Assembly: GCA_016789845.1 (NCBI GenBank)
Contig: JAEUQA010000076.1
Coordinates: 1,780 to 65,779, forward strand
Origin: Chromatiales bacterium
GTDB lineage: Bacteria; Pseudomonadota; Gammaproteobacteria; Steroidobacterales; GCA-2729495
Direction: 5' to 3'
DNA: 64,000 nt
How positions within the stretch are numbered: position 1 is the first letter of the stretch; the number at the start of each line of letters is the position of its first letter. The translations under genes were made by a program, and so were the position numbers. The notes under the pieces are model-generated. The model was not told the origin of the DNA, did no database searches, and worked only from the letters and a program-made list of their open reading frames with translations. This document shows positions 1-9,104 of the stretch, piece by piece.

Positions 1-221
1 ATATCGATGCCATCGTCGCCGCCCTCACCGCGCCGGATTCCCAGGCGCCGCAGCCGCTGCCAGCAGCGCCGCGGCCGCTGTCGGTGAAGCGCGTGGAGTG
101 GGAGCACATCCAGCGCGTGCTGACCGAGAACCAGGGCAACATCTCGGCGACCGCCCGTTCACTGGGCATCCACCGCCGCACGCTCCAGCGCAAGCTCCAG
201 AAGCGTCCCGTCCGCCAGTAG
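1..221 (+). CDS. C-terminal fragment of a sigma-54-dependent (NtrC/Fis-type) transcriptional activator; 5' end lies outside the window
   Basis: Frame ending at TAG 219-221 reads ...VEWEHIQRVLTENQGNISATARSLGIHRRTLQRKLQKRPVRQ*, a typical C-terminal Fis-type HTH of enhancer-binding proteins. Confidence 0.7.
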   Translation, partial: IDAIVAALTAPDSQAPQPLPAAPRPLSVKRVEWEHIQRVLTENQGNISATARSLGIHRRTLQRKLQKRPVRQ

Positions 222-240
222 GAGCGCCGGTCGGCGCGAC
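218..240 (+). repeat. GTAG-type REP unit (variant GTAGGAGCGCCGGTCGGCGCGAC)
   Basis: Same GTAGGAGCG...CGCGAC frame as the copies at 2588, 5055, 8194, 9992, 47455 and 58567. Its internal TAG is the stop codon of the upstream gene. Confidence 0.8.
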
Positions 241-266
241 TCAGGCCGTTCTGCGGCTCCTGCTTC

Positions 267-641
267 TCACGGCACGCGCCCCAGCATCAGGATGAATATG
301 AGGAGCGTCCCAAGTGCGGAAACTACGCCATTCACTACCAATCCCCACCTGGCAGCGTACCCCGGCGGGAATTCTTCGGGCCTCAGTGTTTGCAGAATGA
401 TCGAATATTGCCGGGCTGAGTACGCGGAAGAGAATGCGCCCAAACTGATGAAGCAAATCCCCAGCCAGAATGTCAACGCGACGTGACCAGCCTGGACGTT
501 CTCCGGGGTCATCGCGTCCATCAGCAGACCAGCACGCTCGACGATAAAACCGAAGGCGATCAGCGAGAGACTCGCCCTGTTCCATGCGAGCAAGGTTCGC
601 TCCGCCGCAAACAGTACTCTGGGATCCTTGAGTTCGGACAC
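267..641 (-). CDS. DUF202 (YidH-like) small inner-membrane protein
   Basis: N-terminal DPRVLFAAERTLLAWNRASLSL signature followed by three hydrophobic helices; 124 aa. Confidence 0.8.
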   Translation of the reverse strand: MSELKDPRVLFAAERTLLAWNRASLSLIAFGFIVERAGLLMDAMTPENVQAGHVALTFWLGICFISLGAFSSAYSARQYSIILQTLRPEEFPPGYAARWGLVVNGVVSALGTLLIFILMLGRVP

Positions 642-656
642 AAGGCCTCCGGGGCG

Positions 657-1901
657 TTACGCGGGGAAGGACTTCGGGAACGGCTTGAGGCGCGTCAGCA
701 TCAGCGCGGCAATGATCAGCAGCCCCGCGTGCAGGTACAGGATCTCGGTGTAGTCGCCGAAGCGCTCCACCGCCTGGGCGGTGAGCAGCGGCCCGATGCC
801 CGCGCCGGCGGAGTAGGCGCTGTAGAACCAGGCGTAGGTGCGGCTGAAGTACTTGAGCCCGAAGTAGCGGCTGGCCAGGAACGCGGTGACGTCCACCTCG
901 GCGCCGGCGGCGAGGCCCGTGAGCATGCCCGCGATGAATGCGCCGGTGCCGCTCGCGCCGGAGGCCAGCAGGACGATGCCGACGATCGGCCCCACCAGGA
1001 ACGCGATCGCCACCCGCGGCGCGAAGAACCTGTCCATCAGCACGCCGGCGACGAGCCGGCCGACGATCAGCGCCGCGGCCACCAGCGACTGGGCCTGGGC
1101 CGCGCGCATGGGCTCCACGTCCCGCAGCACCAGCATCGGTACCAGGTGCAGGATCAGGCTCTGCACCGCGAGGCCGATCAGCAGGAAGGCGGCGAGCATC
1201 AGCCAGAAATGGCCCTGGCGCATGGTCTGGGCCAGCGTGAAGCCGGTCTGGGCAGCAACTGCCGGCACGACGCCGGCCACGGCCTTCGGCTGCGCGTCCC
1301 CATCGGGCCGCAGGCCCATGGACTCCGGCGATTCCCGCACCACGAGGCCGATGGAGAGAATGCCCACCGTCGCCACCGCCAGCGCGACGATCACGTAGGC
1401 CGTGCGCCAGCCGTACTCCGTGATTGCCCACTGGGACAGGATCGGCCAGACGATGCCGCCCAGGCCGAGGCCCGCGAGGGCCAGGCCCAGTGCCAGGCCG
1501 CGACGCCGGTCGAACCACACGGAGATCACGCGGGCGAAGGCCACGTGGGTCGTGCCGAGGCCGAGGATCGCGAGGGCGACGTAGCGGATGTAGAAGGCCG
1601 GCAGGGACTCCGTCTGGGTGGCGAAGGATGCGATCACCGCACCTTCCATCAGGAAGCCCACGAGGATCATCCGCTTCGCGCCGAAGCGGTCCACGAGCGA
1701 GCCGATGAATGGGGCCGCGATCGTCACCGCGGCCGTGACCAGCAGCAGGCCCGTGAAGGTCTGCGAGGGCGTCCACCCGAACTCCGCGCGGAGCGGCCCC
1801 AGGAAAATGGAGAACGTGGCCGTGATCACACTGGCCAGGCCGCAGGCCAGGCCAAGACCGCAGGCTATCGCGACGTACCAGCCGTAGAAGATTTTGCGCA
1901 T
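657..1901 (-). CDS. MFS transporter
   Basis: 414 aa with about 12 hydrophobic segments; N-terminus MRKIFYGWYV...; D-R-x-G-x-K/R loops (VDRFGAKR, MDRFFAPR). Confidence 0.85.
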   Translation of the reverse strand: MRKIFYGWYVAIACGLGLACGLASVITATFSIFLGPLRAEFGWTPSQTFTGLLLVTAAVTIAAPFIGSLVDRFGAKRMILVGFLMEGAVIASFATQTESLPAFYIRYVALAILGLGTTHVAFARVISVWFDRRRGLALGLALAGLGLGGIVWPILSQWAITEYGWRTAYVIVALAVATVGILSIGLVVRESPESMGLRPDGDAQPKAVAGVVPAVAAQTGFTLAQTMRQGHFWLMLAAFLLIGLAVQSLILHLVPMLVLRDVEPMRAAQAQSLVAAALIVGRLVAGVLMDRFFAPRVAIAFLVGPIVGIVLLASGASGTGAFIAGMLTGLAAGAEVDVTAFLASRYFGLKYFSRTYAWFYSAYSAGAGIGPLLTAQAVERFGDYTEILYLHAGLLIIAALMLTRLKPFPKSFPA

Positions 1902-1984
1902 AGGTTCCCAATATAGGGGGAATGCGCCGGACGTGGTACCGCTAAACTGCTAGGCTTCCGCGTGGTGAAAGCCCGGAGACCCCG

Positions 1985-2575
1985 ATGACCCGCCTTCCGA
2001 ACAGCCGGAGAACAGTCCCACCGGCCCTGCTGGCCCTGATCTTCCTGTTGCTGGAGGCGCCCGCCGCGCTCGCTGAAACCGAACTCTACGGTGGGATCGG
2101 CATAGGCTATTCCACGTTCCAGGTCGACTCCGTCAATTTCGAGGGCTCCGCCTACGCCACCCGCCAGTTCGTCGGCTTCACCTGGGGGGATTACCTGGGC
2201 GTCGAGACGGGCTACATCAACTTCGGCACCGTGAACGACCGGATCCTCGACCAGCCGGGCCAGCTCACCCTGAACAATGGCATCGAGACCTGGGGCTACA
2301 ACCTGTCCCTCGTTGGCCGCTACCCGCTCAACAGCGAACTGCACGCCATCGCCAAGCTCGGCATGATCCGCTGGGACAGCGAGGCGACGCTCGAGCCCTT
2401 CCCGCTGCCGGTCAAGACGGACGGCGATGACATCCTCTGGGGCGTCGGCCTCGACTTCCGCGGCTCCAGCCGGGTGCATTTCCGCGTCGAGGGCGAGTTC
2501 GTGAACATCGAGTTCGCGGACTCCTGGTGGGTGCTGACGACGTCGCTGATGTACAGCTTTCCCTTCGGGCGGTAA
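1985..2575 (+). CDS. Small outer-membrane beta-barrel protein (OmpA-N/OmpW-like)
   Basis: Signal peptide ...LLEAPAALA; alternating amphipathic beta-strands; aromatic C-terminus ...SLMYSFPFGR. Confidence 0.7.
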   Translation: MTRLPNSRRTVPPALLALIFLLLEAPAALAETELYGGIGIGYSTFQVDSVNFEGSAYATRQFVGFTWGDYLGVETGYINFGTVNDRILDQPGQLTLNNGIETWGYNLSLVGRYPLNSELHAIAKLGMIRWDSEATLEPFPLPVKTDGDDILWGVGLDFRGSSRVHFRVEGEFVNIEFADSWWVLTTSLMYSFPFGR

Positions 2576-2587
2576 TGAATCGCGCCC

Positions 2588-2639
2588 GTAGGAGCGCCTT
2601 CAGGCTCGACATTGCGGTCGCGCCTGAAGGCGCTCCTAC
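2588..2639. repeat. Inverted pair of GTAG-REP units forming a hairpin between convergent genes
   Basis: GTAGGAGCGCCTTCAGGCTCGAC (2588-2610) and its near-complement GTCGCGCCTGAAGGCGCTCCTAC (2617-2639). The right arm contributes the TAG stop (2636-2638, minus strand) of the ATPase gene. Confidence 0.85.
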
Positions 2640-5041
2640 AGTGCGGAGGTCAGGTTGCCGCGGTCGTCCTCGATGAAAGGCAGCCAGGCGATGCCACAGA
2701 ACTGCACCGTGATGTCCGAGGTCGCCGGGCGCACGCTGATTTCCTCCAGCGGCTCGGACTGGGCATCGAAGCCCGCCTCCAGGGCAGCCACCGCCGACTG
2801 AACCTGGGATTCCAGGTCGGCAATCTGCCCCCGCACCTTCGCCACCGTCTCCGTGGCGCGCTCCACGTCGCCGGACTGGCGCTGCGCGTTGCCCGCCTTG
2901 CGCAGGGCCGACGCCGCCCGGCCTGCCGAGGTCGTGGAGATGGCCTTGCGGCCGAGAAAGGCGCCCAGCACCGCCGCGCCCATGGACACGGCGGCATCGA
3001 TCTTCGACCCGGTGGCCTGCTCCTTCTCCCGCCCCACGGCCTGTTCCGCGCGATGCAACCTGTCCTGCAGGCTGGCGTACTTTGCCGCGTGCTGCTGCCG
3101 GAGCCGGGCGATTGCCTGGTCCCGGGCTTCCCGGGCCCGGAGCTGGAGGCGCGCGCGAAACGCGCCCTCGGGCTCGTCCGGCTCCGACACCAGTTTGAGC
3201 GCGGCGCTCCGCCGGAGGACTACGGGCTGCTCGGTGCGCAACCAGGTGCGGAACTGCTCCAGGGCTGATTTGATGATGGCGGGATCCGCGAGCCCGGCTG
3301 GCAACTCCGCGAAGGCTATTCCCGCGTCCGGCTCCTTCGCGAGGCTGGCGGGATCGATTGCCACCGGCTCCGCATTGCGCCAGTCGACGGGTCCGCCGCC
3401 CTCGAGCGCCAGGGCCACGTCGCGCTTCAGGTCCACGCCGTGCTTCGTGCTGACCCACCCGACCCGGGCGGCGCCCAGCAGGCGCGGCTGGTAGACCAGC
3501 CTGCCGGCCGGTGCCGACTTCGGCCTGACGAACGCGACGGGAATGGACGGTGGCAGCACGGGGCGCTGGCCGGAGGCCGGCGGGACCGGCCTCGGGATGA
3601 CCGGCGGTGCCGCGGGCGCTGCTTCCATTGGTCTTGCTGGTGCCGTCGTCAGGCGCCGGATGTCCTCCCGGGTCAGCGGCCCGCGCAGGTAGGCCATCGC
3701 CCAGCGGGTCTGCATCAGCACCGGGCCCTTCTCGTGCACGTTGTGGAGGAGGAAGGTGCGCTTGCCGAGGGACGCCAGCGTGGCATCGAGGCTCCCCGCG
3801 TCGAGCCCTTCGGTGGGCGCCGCGGCCAGCAGCCCGTCCCGCACCCGGTTCCGGTCCTGCTCGGTCTGCAGGCGGCCGATGAACCAGGTGCCGGCGTTGG
3901 ACAGCGCCTTGTAGTCCAGGTCCACGGGGTTCTGGGTGGAGAGCACGACGCCGAGGCCGAAGGCGCGGGCCTGCTTGAGCAGCGTGAGCAGCAGCACCTT
4001 GGACGGCGGCGCGGCGACCGGCGGCAGGAAGCCGAACACCTCGTCCATGTACAGGATCGCGCGCAGCGACGAGGTGCCGGACTGGCTGCGCATCCAGGCC
4101 ACGATCTCGTTCAGCAGCAACGTGACGAAGAACATGCGCTCCGCGTCACCCAGGTGGGCGATGGACATGACGCTCACGCGCGGCCGGCCGTCGGCGGTGA
4201 AGAGGAGCCTGCCGGCGTCCAGCGGTTCGCCCTGGGTCCACGCCTGGAAGCCTGGTGCCGCGAGCAGGTTGTTCAGGCGCATGGCGAGGGTGAAACGGTC
4301 CTTCGCCGGGTAGAAGGACTCGAGGTCGAGTACACCAATCTTCTGGACGCCGGGATTCTGGATCGCGCCGATCAGGCCACCCAGGTCGAGGCTGCGGCCC
4401 TGCTGCCACTGGTGGTCGAGGATCGACGACAGCAGGATGTGCTCCCGGCTGCCCACCGGGTCCGCCTCGATGCCGACCAGCGTCAGCAACCCCGTGACGA
4501 CGCCCCCGATGTGCTGCCGGTAGAGATCCGCGTCCGCGCGCAGCGCCTCGGGCGGCGCGGAGAACGAGCCGAGCACCGACAGCGACAGGCCCGCGGTGCT
4601 GCCGGGCGTGTAGATGGCAAATTCCGCCGCCGCCTTCAGCCGGGCGATGCGCTCCGGCCCCTGGCCGGATCCGGCCAGGCCCTGGCGCCAGGCCTCCGCC
4701 TGGCTCGCGGCGAATTCGGGCACGGTCTTCCCCGCCGCCGCGGCCGCCTGGGCATCCACCCAGGGCTCGAAGTCCGCCGGGTTGAGCTCCGGAAAGGTCA
4801 GCAGCAGGTTGCCCAGGTCGCCCTTGGGATCGATGGCGATGACCGGGATCCGGTCGATGGCAGCCTCCTCGAGCAGGGAGATGCCGAGGCCGGTCTTGCC
4901 GCTGCCGGTCATGCCGATGATCACCGCGTGGGTGGTGAGGTCCGGCGAGTCATAGAGGACGAGCTCGTCCGTGAGCTTGCCGGCCGCCGGGTCCCAGCGG
5001 CGGCCCAGGTAGAACGCTCCGAGCTTCTCGTAGTCCTGCAT
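2636..5041 (-). CDS. HerA/FtsK-like P-loop ATPase (DUF87-type), 801 aa, with a long coiled-coil C-terminal region
   Basis: Walker A GMTGSGKTG; Walker B-like ILYMDEVFGF; VVLSTQNPVDLDYKALSNAGTWFIGRLQ as in HerA-type ATPases; RBS GGAGAA 6 nt before ATG 5041. Confidence 0.75.
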   Translation of the reverse strand: MQDYEKLGAFYLGRRWDPAAGKLTDELVLYDSPDLTTHAVIIGMTGSGKTGLGISLLEEAAIDRIPVIAIDPKGDLGNLLLTFPELNPADFEPWVDAQAAAAAGKTVPEFAASQAEAWRQGLAGSGQGPERIARLKAAAEFAIYTPGSTAGLSLSVLGSFSAPPEALRADADLYRQHIGGVVTGLLTLVGIEADPVGSREHILLSSILDHQWQQGRSLDLGGLIGAIQNPGVQKIGVLDLESFYPAKDRFTLAMRLNNLLAAPGFQAWTQGEPLDAGRLLFTADGRPRVSVMSIAHLGDAERMFFVTLLLNEIVAWMRSQSGTSSLRAILYMDEVFGFLPPVAAPPSKVLLLTLLKQARAFGLGVVLSTQNPVDLDYKALSNAGTWFIGRLQTEQDRNRVRDGLLAAAPTEGLDAGSLDATLASLGKRTFLLHNVHEKGPVLMQTRWAMAYLRGPLTREDIRRLTTAPARPMEAAPAAPPVIPRPVPPASGQRPVLPPSIPVAFVRPKSAPAGRLVYQPRLLGAARVGWVSTKHGVDLKRDVALALEGGGPVDWRNAEPVAIDPASLAKEPDAGIAFAELPAGLADPAIIKSALEQFRTWLRTEQPVVLRRSAALKLVSEPDEPEGAFRARLQLRAREARDQAIARLRQQHAAKYASLQDRLHRAEQAVGREKEQATGSKIDAAVSMGAAVLGAFLGRKAISTTSAGRAASALRKAGNAQRQSGDVERATETVAKVRGQIADLESQVQSAVAALEAGFDAQSEPLEEISVRPATSDITVQFCGIAWLPFIEDDRGNLTSAL

Positions 5042-5054
5042 CTCTCGTTCTCCG

Positions 5055-5144
5055 GTAGGAGCGCCTTCAGGCGGGACCCCTTCCCGCTCGAGACTCGCGG
5101 ACTCGATTCTCGCGGGAAGGGGTCCCGCCTGAAGGCGCTCCTAC
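5055..5144. repeat. REP inverted dimer (33-nt perfect arms, 24-nt loop) in the spacer between the MBL and ATPase genes
   Basis: 5055-5087 is the exact reverse complement of 5112-5144. The right arm supplies the TAG stop (5141-5143, minus strand) of the MBL gene. Confidence 0.9.
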
Positions 5145-6526
5145 GCCAGTGTGCGTAGGTCTACCTGCATGCCGCGTTCCGCGATGATCGCCCGCGGGGC
5201 ACCGTCCTTCTTCAGCCGGGCGGCGAGGCCTTCCGCGGCGGCCGGTTCGCCATGCACCAGGTAGACGGGCGGCTTCGGGCTGAAACTGCCGTACCAGCGC
5301 GCCATGTCGTCCTGGTCGCCGTGGGCGGAGAGGCCGCCGACCGTGTGGATCCTGGCCCGGACGCGGATGTTTTCCTGGTGGATCCGCACGTAGGTGTTGC
5401 CATCCACGAGCTGCCGTCCCAGGGTGCCGTTGGCCTGGTAGCCCACGATGATTACGTCGCACTCCGGGCGCCACAAGTTGTGCTTGAGGTGGTGCACGAT
5501 GCGGCCGCCCTCGCACATGCCGCTGCCGGCGATGACGATGGCGCCGCTGCGGAGCCGGTTGATGGCCTGGGAATCCTCCGCCGACGCGGAAAGCACGAGG
5601 TTCGGCAGGCGCGGCATGCCGCCCGCGTCGTGCAATTGCGGGGTATCCCAGTAGATCTGCGAGGTGCGGATCGCCATGGGGCTGTCGAGGAAGACCTTCC
5701 ACCGGGCCAGGTTCCATTCCGCGTAATGCGTGGCGAAGAGGTGGAGGAGTTCCTGGGTGCGGCCCACCGCGAAGGCCGGGATGAGCACATTGCCCCGGCG
5801 GTGGTCGGCCTCCTGGATGATCCCGGCCATCTCCCGGACGGTGTCCGCCCGGTCCCGGTGCAGCCGGTCGCCATAGGTGCTTTCCATGAGCACCAGGTCG
5901 GCCTCCGTGTTCCGCGCCGGATCCTGGAGGATGGGCGTGCCGTACTGGCCCAGGTCGCCGCTGAAGACCAGCTTGCGCTGCACGCCGCCGTGCTTCAGCC
6001 ACACCTCGACGCTGGCGGAGCCCAGGATATGGCCCGCATCCACGTACCGGATCCACACGCCCGGCAGGATCTCCCGGCGTTCCAGGTAGGGCAGCGTCAC
6101 GAACTGACCCAGGGTCTGTTCCACCTCGGCAGTCGTGTACAGCGGCTTGACCAGTGGCAGGTCCTTGCGTTCCCGTTTGCGGTTCTCCCGCTCGGCGTCG
6201 CCTTCGGCCAGCCGGGCACTGTCCTCGAGCATGATCTCGCAGAACCGGGCCGTGGTTTCCTGCACGTAGATCGGCCCCCGGTAGCCGCGATGGATGAGCA
6301 GGGGCAGGCGGCCGGAGTGGTCGATGTGGGCGTGGGAGAGCACCACCGCGTCGATCCGGGCCGCCTCGAAGGGAAAGGGTTCCCGGTTGCGGGCTTCCCG
6401 CCGCCGGCCGCCCTGGACCAGGCCGCACTCCAGGAGGATCGTGCGCTTGCCCACCCGGAGGATGTGGCAGGAGCCGGTGACCTCCTGCGTGGCGCCGTAG
6501 AACTCGATTTCGAAGGGGTCTGCCAT
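5141..6526 (-). CDS. MBL-fold metallo-hydrolase of the beta-CASP (RNase J/CPSF73-like) nuclease type
   Basis: 461 aa; HxHxDH motif (SHAHIDHSG); beta-CASP-like middle region; C-terminal ...SAHGDQDDM... motif. Confidence 0.85.
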   Translation of the reverse strand: MADPFEIEFYGATQEVTGSCHILRVGKRTILLECGLVQGGRRREARNREPFPFEAARIDAVVLSHAHIDHSGRLPLLIHRGYRGPIYVQETTARFCEIMLEDSARLAEGDAERENRKRERKDLPLVKPLYTTAEVEQTLGQFVTLPYLERREILPGVWIRYVDAGHILGSASVEVWLKHGGVQRKLVFSGDLGQYGTPILQDPARNTEADLVLMESTYGDRLHRDRADTVREMAGIIQEADHRRGNVLIPAFAVGRTQELLHLFATHYAEWNLARWKVFLDSPMAIRTSQIYWDTPQLHDAGGMPRLPNLVLSASAEDSQAINRLRSGAIVIAGSGMCEGGRIVHHLKHNLWRPECDVIIVGYQANGTLGRQLVDGNTYVRIHQENIRVRARIHTVGGLSAHGDQDDMARWYGSFSPKPPVYLVHGEPAAAEGLAARLKKDGAPRAIIAERGMQVDLRTLA

Positions 6527-6593
6527 GGGAAGGTAGTTGCGATCTTCTGATGCAGAAGCTTAACCTAAGTGCCCATTGCCCAAGGAGCCAGCC

Positions 6594-7004
6594 ATGCTGA
6601 AGGAATTCAAGGAATTTGCCATGCGCGGCAACGTCGTGGATCTCGCCGTCGGCGTGATCATCGGCGGTGCCTTCGGCAAGATCGTCACCTCCCTGACCAA
6701 CGACGTCATCCTGCCGGTGGTGGGGCTGGTGCTGGGGAAGGTGGACTTCAGCAACCTCTTCGTCAACTTGGGCGATGGTGACTACAACACGCTGAAGGAA
6801 GCCACGGATGCGGGTGCGCCGATCCTGAAGTACGGCGTTTTCGCCAACACGATCCTGGACTTCGTGATCCTGGCGTTCATCATCTTCATGATGGTGCGGG
6901 CCATGAACCGCATGCGGGCCGAGACGCCGCCTGCCGCCCCGCCGGGTCCCACGCCCGACCAGCAGCTCCTGACTGAAATCCGCGACCTGTTGAAGAGTCG
7001 CTGA
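6594..7004 (+). CDS. mscL: Large-conductance mechanosensitive channel MscL
   Basis: [41 protein letters not shown] matches the MscL N-terminus and TM1; RBS AAGGAG at 6582-6587. The track ORF begins 18 nt upstream. Confidence 0.95.
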   Translation: MLKEFKEFAMRGNVVDLAVGVIIGGAFGKIVTSLTNDVILPVVGLVLGKVDFSNLFVNLGDGDYNTLKEATDAGAPILKYGVFANTILDFVILAFIIFMMVRAMNRMRAETPPAAPPGPTPDQQLLTEIRDLLKSR

Positions 7005-7039
7005 ACGCCGGGGCGCAGCTGCCCGACCAGGCAGTACCG

Positions 7040-8197
7040 ATGACGGTGACCGTCAGCCCCCGTGGCGCCAGCCGGTGGGCTGCCGGTCACCCCTGGATCT
7101 ACCGGACGGACACGCGTCTACCCCAGGGCATTGCCAGCGGCGCCATCGTCCCGGTACAGGACGCGCGGGGCCGCTTCCTGGGCCAGGCCTGCGTGTCCCT
7201 CCAGTCCAAGATCGCGCTCCGCCGGATCTCCCGCTCGGACCAGCCCGTGGACGTGGACTTCTTCCGCCAGCACATCGCCGCCGCCGCCCAGCTGCGCCGC
7301 AACCTGTATCCCGGCGACAGCGCCTACCGCGCCATCCACGGCGACGGGGACGGGCTGCCCGGCCTGGTGGTCGACCGCTACGGTGACTGGCTGAGCGTGC
7401 AGTTCCTGATTCCGGCGATGGAGCAGCGGCGCGACCTGCTGGTGCCCCTGCTGGTGGAGCAGTTCGGGTGCAAGGGCATAATGAACCGCTCCGACGCGGG
7501 CGTGCGCGCGCTCGAGGGCCTGCCCCAGGAGAAGGGACTTCTGTGGGGCTCGGTGCCCGACCCGGTGGTCATCCGCGAGGGCCAGCTCGAGTTCGCGGTG
7601 AGCCTCGAGCACGGCCAGAAGACCGGCAGCTTCCTGGACCAGCGGGAGAACCATGTGGTCGCGGGCCGCTATGCCCGCGGCCTGGCGCTGGACTGCTTCA
7701 GCTACATCGGCGGCTTCGCGCTGCAGATGGCGCGCCGGTGCGAGCGGGTCACGGCGGTGGACAGCTCCGAGCCCGCCTGTGAGCAGATCCGGGCCAATGC
7801 GGCCCGGAACGGCATCGCCAACGTGGACGTGCTCGCCACCAACGTGTTCGACTTCCTGCGCGCGGAGGTGGACGCCGCCCGCCGCTACGACACCGTCGTG
7901 CTCGATCCGCCGGCCTTCGCCAAGAACAAGGACTCCATCGCGGCGGGGCTCCGGGGCTACAAGGAGGTCAACCTGCGGGCCATGCAGCTCCTGAATCCCG
8001 GCGGCTACCTGATCACTTCCAGCTGCAGTCACCACGTGGACGAGGCGGCCTTCGAGACCATGCTCCAGGCTGCCGCGGCGGACGCGCGCCGCGAGGTGCA
8101 GATCATCGAGAAGCGCGGCGCCGGCCGGGATCACCCCGTGCTGCTGGCGCTGCGGGAAACCCGCTACCTGAAGTGCTACATCCTGCGCATGATGTAG
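7040..8197 (+). CDS. rlmI: Class I SAM-dependent 23S rRNA (cytosine-C5) methyltransferase, RlmI-like (PUA + MTase)
   Basis: GHPWIY, DGLPGLVVDRYGDWLSVQ, GQKTGSFLDQRENH, VVLDPPAFAKNK and the C-terminal DHPVLL...YLKCYILRMM align with E. coli RlmI as I remember it. Confidence 0.8.
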   Translation: MTVTVSPRGASRWAAGHPWIYRTDTRLPQGIASGAIVPVQDARGRFLGQACVSLQSKIALRRISRSDQPVDVDFFRQHIAAAAQLRRNLYPGDSAYRAIHGDGDGLPGLVVDRYGDWLSVQFLIPAMEQRRDLLVPLLVEQFGCKGIMNRSDAGVRALEGLPQEKGLLWGSVPDPVVIREGQLEFAVSLEHGQKTGSFLDQRENHVVAGRYARGLALDCFSYIGGFALQMARRCERVTAVDSSEPACEQIRANAARNGIANVDVLATNVFDFLRAEVDAARRYDTVVLDPPAFAKNKDSIAAGLRGYKEVNLRAMQLLNPGGYLITSSCSHHVDEAAFETMLQAAAADARREVQIIEKRGAGRDHPVLLALRETRYLKCYILRMM

Positions 8198-8216
8198 GAG
8201 CGCCTTCAGGCGCGAC
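8194..8216 (+). repeat. GTAG-REP unit GTAGGAGCGCCTTCAGGCGCGAC
   Basis: Exact consensus copy; its TAG (8195-8197) is the rlmI stop codon. Confidence 0.85.
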
Positions 8217-8241
8217 CGACCCATGAGGTAGGATTACCGCC

Positions 8242-9096
8242 ATGCGATGGGAACGCGGGCGGCGCAGCACCAACGTCGAGGACCGGCGCGGAATGACCGG
8301 CCGTCCGGCGTTCGTGGGCGGCGGCCTGGGGACCATCGTCCTCGTCCTGCTGGCACTCTATTTCGGCGTGGACCCGACCTTCCTGCTGCAGAACGCGCCG
8401 GTCAGCGGCGGCCAGCAGCAGCCGGGACCACCCCTGGGCGCCGACGGGCAGCCCGATTCCGCCGCCGATTTCGTCTCCGTCGTGCTGGCCGACACGGAGG
8501 ACACCTGGACGGCGATCTTTGCCGAGGCCGGCCAGCAGTACCGGGTGCCGAACCTGGTCCTGTTCACGGGGAACGTGCAGTCCGCCTGCGGCTTTGCGCA
8601 AGCCGCGATGGGGCCGTTCTACTGCCCCGCGGACCAGAAGGCCTACATCGACCTCAGCTTCTACCAGGACCTCCGGGACCGGTTCCAGGCGCCAGGGGAC
8701 TTCGCCCAGGCCTACGTGCTCGCCCACGAGGTCGGCCACCATGTGCAGAACCTGCTGGGCCTGTCCGCCAGGGTCCAGCAGGCCCGGCAACGGGCCAGCG
8801 AGTCCGAGGGCAACGCGCTGTCGGTGCGCCTGGAGCTGCAGGCGGACTGCTTCGCCGGCATCTGGGCGAACCACGCGGACCGCACCCGGCAAATCCTCGA
8901 GACCGGCGACATCGACGAAGCGCTGGCCGCGGCCAGCGCGATCGGCGACGACCGGCTGCAGGAGCAGTCCCGGGGCTACGTGACCCCCGACTCCTTCACC
9001 CACGGCAGCGCCGAGCAGCGGGTGCGCTGGTTCAGGCGCGGCTTCGCATCGGGACAGCTGGAAGCCTGCGACACATTCAACGCCCGGTCACTCTGA
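8242..9096 (+). CDS. ypfJ: YpfJ-family putative neutral zinc metallopeptidase
   Basis: MRWERGRRSTNVEDRRG N-terminus, one TM segment, HExxH (AHEVGHHVQ); length matches YpfJ. Confidence 0.85.
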   Translation: MRWERGRRSTNVEDRRGMTGRPAFVGGGLGTIVLVLLALYFGVDPTFLLQNAPVSGGQQQPGPPLGADGQPDSAADFVSVVLADTEDTWTAIFAEAGQQYRVPNLVLFTGNVQSACGFAQAAMGPFYCPADQKAYIDLSFYQDLRDRFQAPGDFAQAYVLAHEVGHHVQNLLGLSARVQQARQRASESEGNALSVRLELQADCFAGIWANHADRTRQILETGDIDEALAAASAIGDDRLQEQSRGYVTPDSFTHGSAEQRVRWFRRGFASGQLEACDTFNARSL

Positions 9097-9104
9097 GATC
9101 GTCC

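Noticed and set aside
241-1916. Long ORFs 241..1911 (-, 556 aa) and 483..1916 (+, 477 aa) overlapping the MFS transporter gene
   Set aside because: Their translations are Arg/Pro/Gly/Ala-rich low-complexity strings, typical of off-frame or antisense reading in high-GC DNA. The 657..1901 frame gives a coherent 12-TM transporter. The same reasoning applies to most other long overlapping track ORFs, for example 3440..5158, 7118..8224, 17861..19486, 20801..23212, 42982..44112 and 54600..56651.
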